A DNA stretch of 64,000 bases. Origin: Eutreptiella sp. 'Long Island Sound 2002' (lineage: Eukaryota; Protista; Euglenida). Within the stretch, counting starts at the first letter, position 1. The number at the start of each line of letters is the position of its first letter. Shown piece by piece: positions 60,501 to 64,000 of this stretch. The stretch spans positions 187,674,001 to 187,738,000 of the forward strand of contig OZ038378.1 in the NCBI GenBank assembly GCA_964036045.1, read 5' to 3'. The translations under genes and the position numbers were made by a program. The notes beneath the pieces are model-generated. The model made no database searches, was not told where the DNA came from, and worked only from the letters and a program-made list of their open reading frames with translations.

Positions 60501-62641
60501 TTTCAGGGTGTGACGTGAGCGTAAAAAGACACAGAAAAAAGATTGAGTGCTTTTGAGAATTTTTTTTATTGATTTCCTTCGCAGGTGTTTTGAAAAAATA
60601 ATAATGAAGCAAGCACAAGAATTGTCTCCCGTTTGCTGCGGGTGTTGTATATGGCAGGGACTATGCTGCCATTTGTGATGGTGAAGGGCAAACCACTGTG
60701 GGTTGAACATGCCCAACTCTTGATATCTGCGGCCGGTCCATCCTGGCCTCCTGGCGGTTGTATCTGTCGTTGCAGGTTGATGAGGTGTTGATCCACGGGG
60801 CCGGGGAGGCGGGAGGCAGGAGGCGGGAAGCGGGAGGTTGCCACCAGACATTACCGCCACAAGCCACTGCAAGGCGCCACTTGAGACCCCCACCGCCACG
60901 AGTTGTTTGGTTGCCCGTTGTCCACTGAATCGCCATCAGAAAACCAACCGCTGTTCATGTAATTGCCATGGGGCCTCGCCGCCTGACCACCCAATCGCGG
61001 TTGGTGGGCCGATGGGTGTTGGTGGTTGATCAATTTGGTAGGAATTAAATATGCGCTTAGACCAAGCCTTGTTTCCATCTCTTCAACCCTTTGGCGACAT
61101 GGCTATGGCATTGCTCCCAGATGAGCTGTCTAGCCCTGGCGTGTTCCGGTGCTGGCATGTACTGTAACAGATGCCCAATTATTGTGAATTGACGTCTTAT
61201 CTGCCCGTCTGTACCATCTGTCATCCCCTTGTGGTACTACGTATAGGGCTGCAAGTGCCTTGTGCAGGAGCCTATGGACCTTTTCCACTTCAGTCTCGTT
61301 TCTCCCTTTTGTTGTTACTTGTATGTCATTTCATGTCTTGGCATGCAGAACTTACTGTGTATCTCCACCATGCCGTGCTATGTCATACATGATCATACGT
61401 TTGAGATAGCCACGCACTGCCCAGAGGGGTCAGATTGCTCTGCACTAATACACCATCCGTCATGCGCCAACTGCTACAGAATGGCGCCTTGCCCATGGTA
61501 TTGTTCTTTCAGTTATCATTGTCTATGGCCTGAGAAGCAGTGCGACTGCCCAGTGTTGTGCCTACCAGCACGGCAGTGGGTGTCGCCCCAGCTTTGTGTG
61601 TTTGTGTGTTGCCCCCAGGTCTGCTTGTACTGGGTTACAGCACCGTACAGGGTGCATAAATGCACGGAAACCGCGTGGGTGACAGGACCCTGTGTGTGTG
61701 CGCGCGCGCGTGCGCATGTAGATGTGTGTGGGCCTGCCTGCGTGCGCGCGTGCGTCTGCATGTGCGTGCATGCGCGTAATATCCCTTTTTGTCTTTCAGA
61801 AATGAACTCGCGTGTCTTCTCAAGGATGTCGGGATCCACGACGTTACAAATGACGAAATTGATGAGATCATGAAGGCAATGGTATGATCCAGACTCGTGC
61901 ATGCCTATGCCTGCTTTGCTTTGATGTGAGAGGGTTGTATCTCGGCAGTGTGCTCCTTTTGGCAGCCACGCAATAGATTCGGTTTTTTTCGTAGTCATGG
62001 AAAGTTCTGAACCTCCGGCGGTTGGTAGTCTACTGACGACATTATTGATCCCCTGAATGCACTTAACAGCCGTTGCCAGTCACCTCGGGGCGGTTGGTAG
62101 TGAAATGGTGGTTTCTGTATGCCCACCATTTTAGACTGGAATGTTGTTGTTTTTTGCAGCTGCGGTGTCAGCCAGTGGAAGGGGTTGCGGAGGTGGTCGG
62201 TATTATGCCAGGGGCCGAGGTGTATTCGGGGTGTCAAGGTATAGGGGATGTGGCATGGGGCTGAGGTTATGGCAGGGGACGCAGTCAGGGATATGGCACG
62301 GGAAGGTGAGGGTGGTTGAGGTCATGCCAAGGGCTGGACGGATGCAGTGTGTGGCATGGGCTGCATTCTGTGGTCGATGATATGACGAGGCCCGGTGTGT
62401 GTGGTGAGAGTTATGGGCAGAGGCTGGTAGTGGTCATTGCAGGGGCTGGTGTATGGTTACGTTGATGGCAAGGGGTGCGTTGTGCGCTGCGAGGCCTGTG
62501 GTTAGTGGCATGCCAAGGGCTGCGGCATGCCTCGTTCTCGCACTCATTCGTGTCTTGCACTTGCATTTTGGTCCGCAGGACACGAATGAGGACAACAGGA
62601 TCAGCCTCAGTGAGCAGAAGTTCTACATGCACAACCGGTAG
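37651..62641 (+). CDS. IQ-motif + EF-hand pair protein; join(37651..37803,39971..40077,44845..44983,45116..45239,49282..49472,58488..58730,59300..59364,61800..61881,62579..62641), 388 aa
   Basis: Nine exons with GT-AG boundaries and consistent phases (0,2,0,1,0,0,2,0) give 1167 nt with no internal stop. IQ motif AAVVIQKAFRRFK; EF loops DQNGDGCIDRNE and DTNEDNRISLSE joined by LACLLKDVGIHDVTNDEIDEIMKAM. Confidence 0.8.
38181..38376. mobile_element. ~195-bp diverged MITE-like element in intron 1
   Basis: Ends AGGGATGCATTTGAGGG and CCCTTCTGATGCATCCT (GGATGCAT inverted core). The interior resembles an abundant Eutreptiella repeat from memory; no TSD found. Confidence 0.45.
39971..40077 (+). CDS. 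IQ/EF-hand gene exon 2
   Basis: Acceptor TTTCGCCACAG; DYKTRALAAALL...MYRAF; donor GTATGG, phase 2. Confidence 0.75.
41929..42090 (+). pseudogene. Small SH3/Tudor-like ORF family, copy 3 (truncated, intronic)
   Basis: MDLTIGDRVFYTGSNGMRVPTMVVGTAEDGLIHLEYHQDAVRVV; acceptor-like TTTCTTAG ends at 41915; lies between 15-bp direct repeats GTGCGTGCAGTGCAA at 41533 and 42362. Confidence 0.55.
43870..44705. repeat. Diverged tandem duplication, period about 530 bp
   Basis: AGCAACACATTTTAGCA at 43905 and 44439; AAGTAGCTCAAAAC...AGAGCAAATG...AAACAAGTTTCGTGC...TTTTATGGCCAATTTAG at 43989 and 44515. Confidence 0.8.
44845..44983 (+). CDS. IQ/EF-hand gene exon 3 (IQ motif)
   Basis: Acceptor TCTTTGCAG; AAVVIQKAFRRFK...LTLSQK; donor GTGCCC. 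Confidence 0.8.
45116..45239 (+). CDS. IQ/EF-hand gene exon 4
   Basis: Acceptor TTTTTGTATTCAG; RHKEVEFMNL...MFTQK; donor GTTGTA, phase 1. Confidence 0.75.
47034..47100. repeat. (CA)n microsatellite
   Basis: Perfect CA run. Confidence 0.95.
47635..47702. repeat. (CT)n microsatellite
   Basis: Visible CT run, preceded by CCTGGTCCT repeats. Confidence 0.9.
48392..49067. repeat. Diverged long inverted repeat (arms about 48392-48500 and 48950-49067)
   Basis: TTACGCTCCGACCGGATCGTTCCAACTCCAACTGCAGCTCCAACGCTTTTGTAACCGCCG versus the reverse complement of the right arm TTACGCTCCAACCGCATCCTTCCAAGTTCAACTGCGGCTGCAACGGTTTTGTAGCCGCCG. Confidence 0.75.
49282..49472 (+). CDS. IQ/EF-hand gene exon 5
   Basis: Acceptor TTTTTGTCGCAG; WSRFMATDG...LKRGILQ; donor GTATGG. 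Confidence 0.8.
50739..50975 (+). pseudogene. Gag-like CCHC zinc-knuckle fragment of a decayed retroelement
   Basis: CLWCSVRGHSHKVC fits CX2CX4HX4C. Confidence 0.45.
51936..52620 (+). pseudogene. Frameshifted PHD-like x2 + TTF-type zinc-finger fragment inside the hAT element
   Basis: CGSCC...CSQCQRGVHEQC...WCFAC; after a frame change CKRCKCYVHVTC...CLSC and RAFHTSWQSGRPWLKYEDGMMHCAACR, like the N-terminus of hAT transposases. No DDE domain seen. Confidence 0.55.
52657..53556 (+). pseudogene. ~300-codon frame with two in-frame TAG stops, a K/R-rich and S-rich centre and a C-terminal CxxC..HW knuckle
   Basis: ORFs 52657-53157 and 53257-53514 share one frame, broken by TAG at 53155 and 53512; ends PCAKCG*KHWWHERKAFGCK. 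Confidence 0.5.
57404..57622. repeat. (GT)n and (GCGT)n microsatellites
   Basis: GT runs at about 57404-57430 and 57549-57592, then GCGT repeats. Confidence 0.9.
58488..58730 (+). CDS. IQ/EF-hand gene exon 6 (low-complexity linker)
   Basis: Acceptor GTCGCACAG; KVHALDMGG...KARHDRQ; donor GTGTGC. Confidence 0.75.
59060..59270. repeat. ~210-bp segment duplicated at about 62085-62290
   Basis: Shared GGGCGGTTGGyAGT...GGTTTCTGTA..CCCACCATTTT...GCAGCTGCrGTGTCAG...ATTATGCCAGGGGCCGAGGTGTA...GGCATGGGG.TGAGGTTATGGC. Confidence 0.8.
59300..59364 (+). CDS. IQ/EF-hand gene exon 7 (EF loop 1)
   Basis: Acceptor TTCTTGTTGCAG; IRAVTTAVLSEVDQNGDGCID; donor GTGTGC, phase 2. Confidence 0.8.
61800..61881 (+). 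CDS. IQ/EF-hand gene exon 8
   Basis: Acceptor TTTTTGTCTTTCAG; NELACLLKDVG...IMKAM; donor GTATGA. Confidence 0.85.
62579..62641 (+). CDS. IQ/EF-hand gene exon 9 (EF loop 2, stop)
   Basis: Acceptor TTTTGGTCCGCAG; DTNEDNRISLSEQKFYMHNR then TAG. Confidence 0.8.
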   Translation, partial: DTNEDNRISLSEQKFYMHNR

Positions 62642-63676
62642 CACATTCCCCTGCTACACCAAGAGCTTCTCTAGATTCCCTATTGCCAATCCCTGAAAAT
62701 GTCTTGCTTGATCCAGCCAAGAACACAAACATCACCACCATCCCCACCAGTATCATGCTTGTGCTTGTCCTGATTGCATGGTCACCGTTGATGCCTACAC
62801 TTGATCTCGCACATCTGGCCAAGGTTGAAGCCCTTGTGGCGGGCGACTTGCAGTGAGAGGGAACGCGACTGCATGGGCAGCCAAGTCAGACCAACACAAC
62901 CAGGCGTGTGATGCTTCCACTGGGCATATGGAATTTTGCAGTGACACCAACAGAGAGTGCCCCCCCCCCCCCCCCCAGGGTGACGAACCGGTGGCTGCCC
63001 ATCGATGGGTGTTGGTTTGCTGACCTCACATTTTTCACGCCTGAGCAGCGTGTGTCCTGTGAGGCGCACGGTGTGCACCAGAGTTCCCACAGTGCACTGG
63101 TTGGGATGCGGTTCCCGCAGGCAACCCCGTCTGCTTCCTGTGAAATGGGCTGCCTTGTCCAGTGCTGCGTGCGTAGTTGTGACAGCGTTCCAGCCTTCAG
63201 TTTGGCAGGGGCCTGTACCGTCTATACCCATACCCTATGACTCACTACACCGGCCCCTATTGTGCCTTTCCCGCGACCCGTGCATCTTATATCAGCAAAT
63301 CATGACCCGACTCACGCCCAGCCCCGTGCCCTTCACCAGAATATCTCAGCGGGCCCTCTTACCGTCACGTTGACCTCAGGAAGCCCTTTCATTGTTAACT
63401 TGGAAGGCGCTGGTGTTGCAAGAGCTGCTGCATGCATTACCACAGTGCTCAGACCCCCGGGGGCCCTATTCCTCGCTCTGGCCCTGTGTCTTGCCCTCCC
63501 CAAGGTCACCCCAGGAACAGCAATGCCTTCTCCAAACCGCGCGACTCACCTAAATTACCCCCACCCAGCCCCCTTGTGCGGCCTTGTCCAATCAAGACAA
63601 CTCCGTCTGACCATTGTTTGTCTGACTGCAGTGTTTGTCGGCAAGAATGCAGATGACATGTTTGTGAGGCGGTTAG

Positions 63677-63817
63677 TCTGAAAGAGGGGGGGGGGGGGCG
63701 ACTCCGCGGGTCCTAGGACGCCAACTACCCCCCCCCCCAAGGGGCCTCCGGCCAACAGTTAGTTTGGGGGGGTAGTTGGCGTCCAAAACCGAGGGGTTGC
63801 CCCCCCCGGGGCTCAGA
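63677..63817. mobile_element. ~140-bp palindromic MITE-like element
   Basis: Perfect 19-bp inner inverted repeat GGACGCCAACTACCCCCCC (63716-63734) / GGGGGGGTAGTTGGCGTCC (63766-63784), inside imperfect outer G-run/C-run arms and TCTGA/TCAGA ends. Confidence 0.65.
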
Positions 63818-64000
63818 CAAGACCCTCAGTTTGGGGCATGCAGAAGCCCTCCCTCTGGGTCGTGTGCCCTTAGCAATTGCTCCCCCAGCCATTCTCAGGC
63901 AGAGACATGTGGTTCCATGTTCGGTTGAATATCAGTGCATTTGATGTGTTTGGCCCCTCGACACTTTCAGCACAAAACCAGCAAGCTTCGTAAAAGGCAG

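Noticed and set aside
63340-63671. Possible further exons (NISAGPLTVTL..., FVGKNADDMFVR)
   Set aside because: Exon 9 already ends in an in-frame TAG and the phases do not connect; there is not enough support for a separate gene.
1-64000. Euglenid non-conventional (stem-loop) introns, tRNA and rRNA genes
   Set aside because: None was needed or recognised by eye. tRNAscan-SE, Infernal and RNA-seq alignment would be required to exclude them.

Overview
Eukaryotic nuclear DNA, very probably from a photosynthetic euglenid (Eutreptiella-like). The assignment rests on a class I bipartite plastid presequence, an exact 19-nt match to the euglenid spliced leader (SL), and pyrimidine-AG acceptors just upstream of start codons. 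I can support six protein-coding genes, all on the + strand. Four are intronless: a plastid-presequence/degenerate HSP90-N/multi-pass membrane fusion (200-2863), a saccharopine dehydrogenase-like oxidoreductase (9253-10557), a DUF3846-like/MYND protein (24162-24917) and an RNF216-like RBR E3 ligase (31069-32886). Two are spliced and were reconstructed by hand: a 3-exon M50 site-2 protease (12867-17721) and a 9-exon IQ + EF-hand protein (37651-62641, 388 aa over 25 kb). All 10 introns are GT-AG. The rest is dense repeat DNA: an hAT-type element with 11-bp TIRs and an 8-bp TSD, a family of TA-flanked poly-C/poly-G TIR elements (one carrying a small SH3/Tudor-like cargo ORF that has two more diverged relatives in the window), MITE-like palindromes, decayed retroelement fragments and microsatellites. 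No rRNA, tRNA or CRISPR array was recognised. All homology calls come from motif recognition and memory; no search was run.
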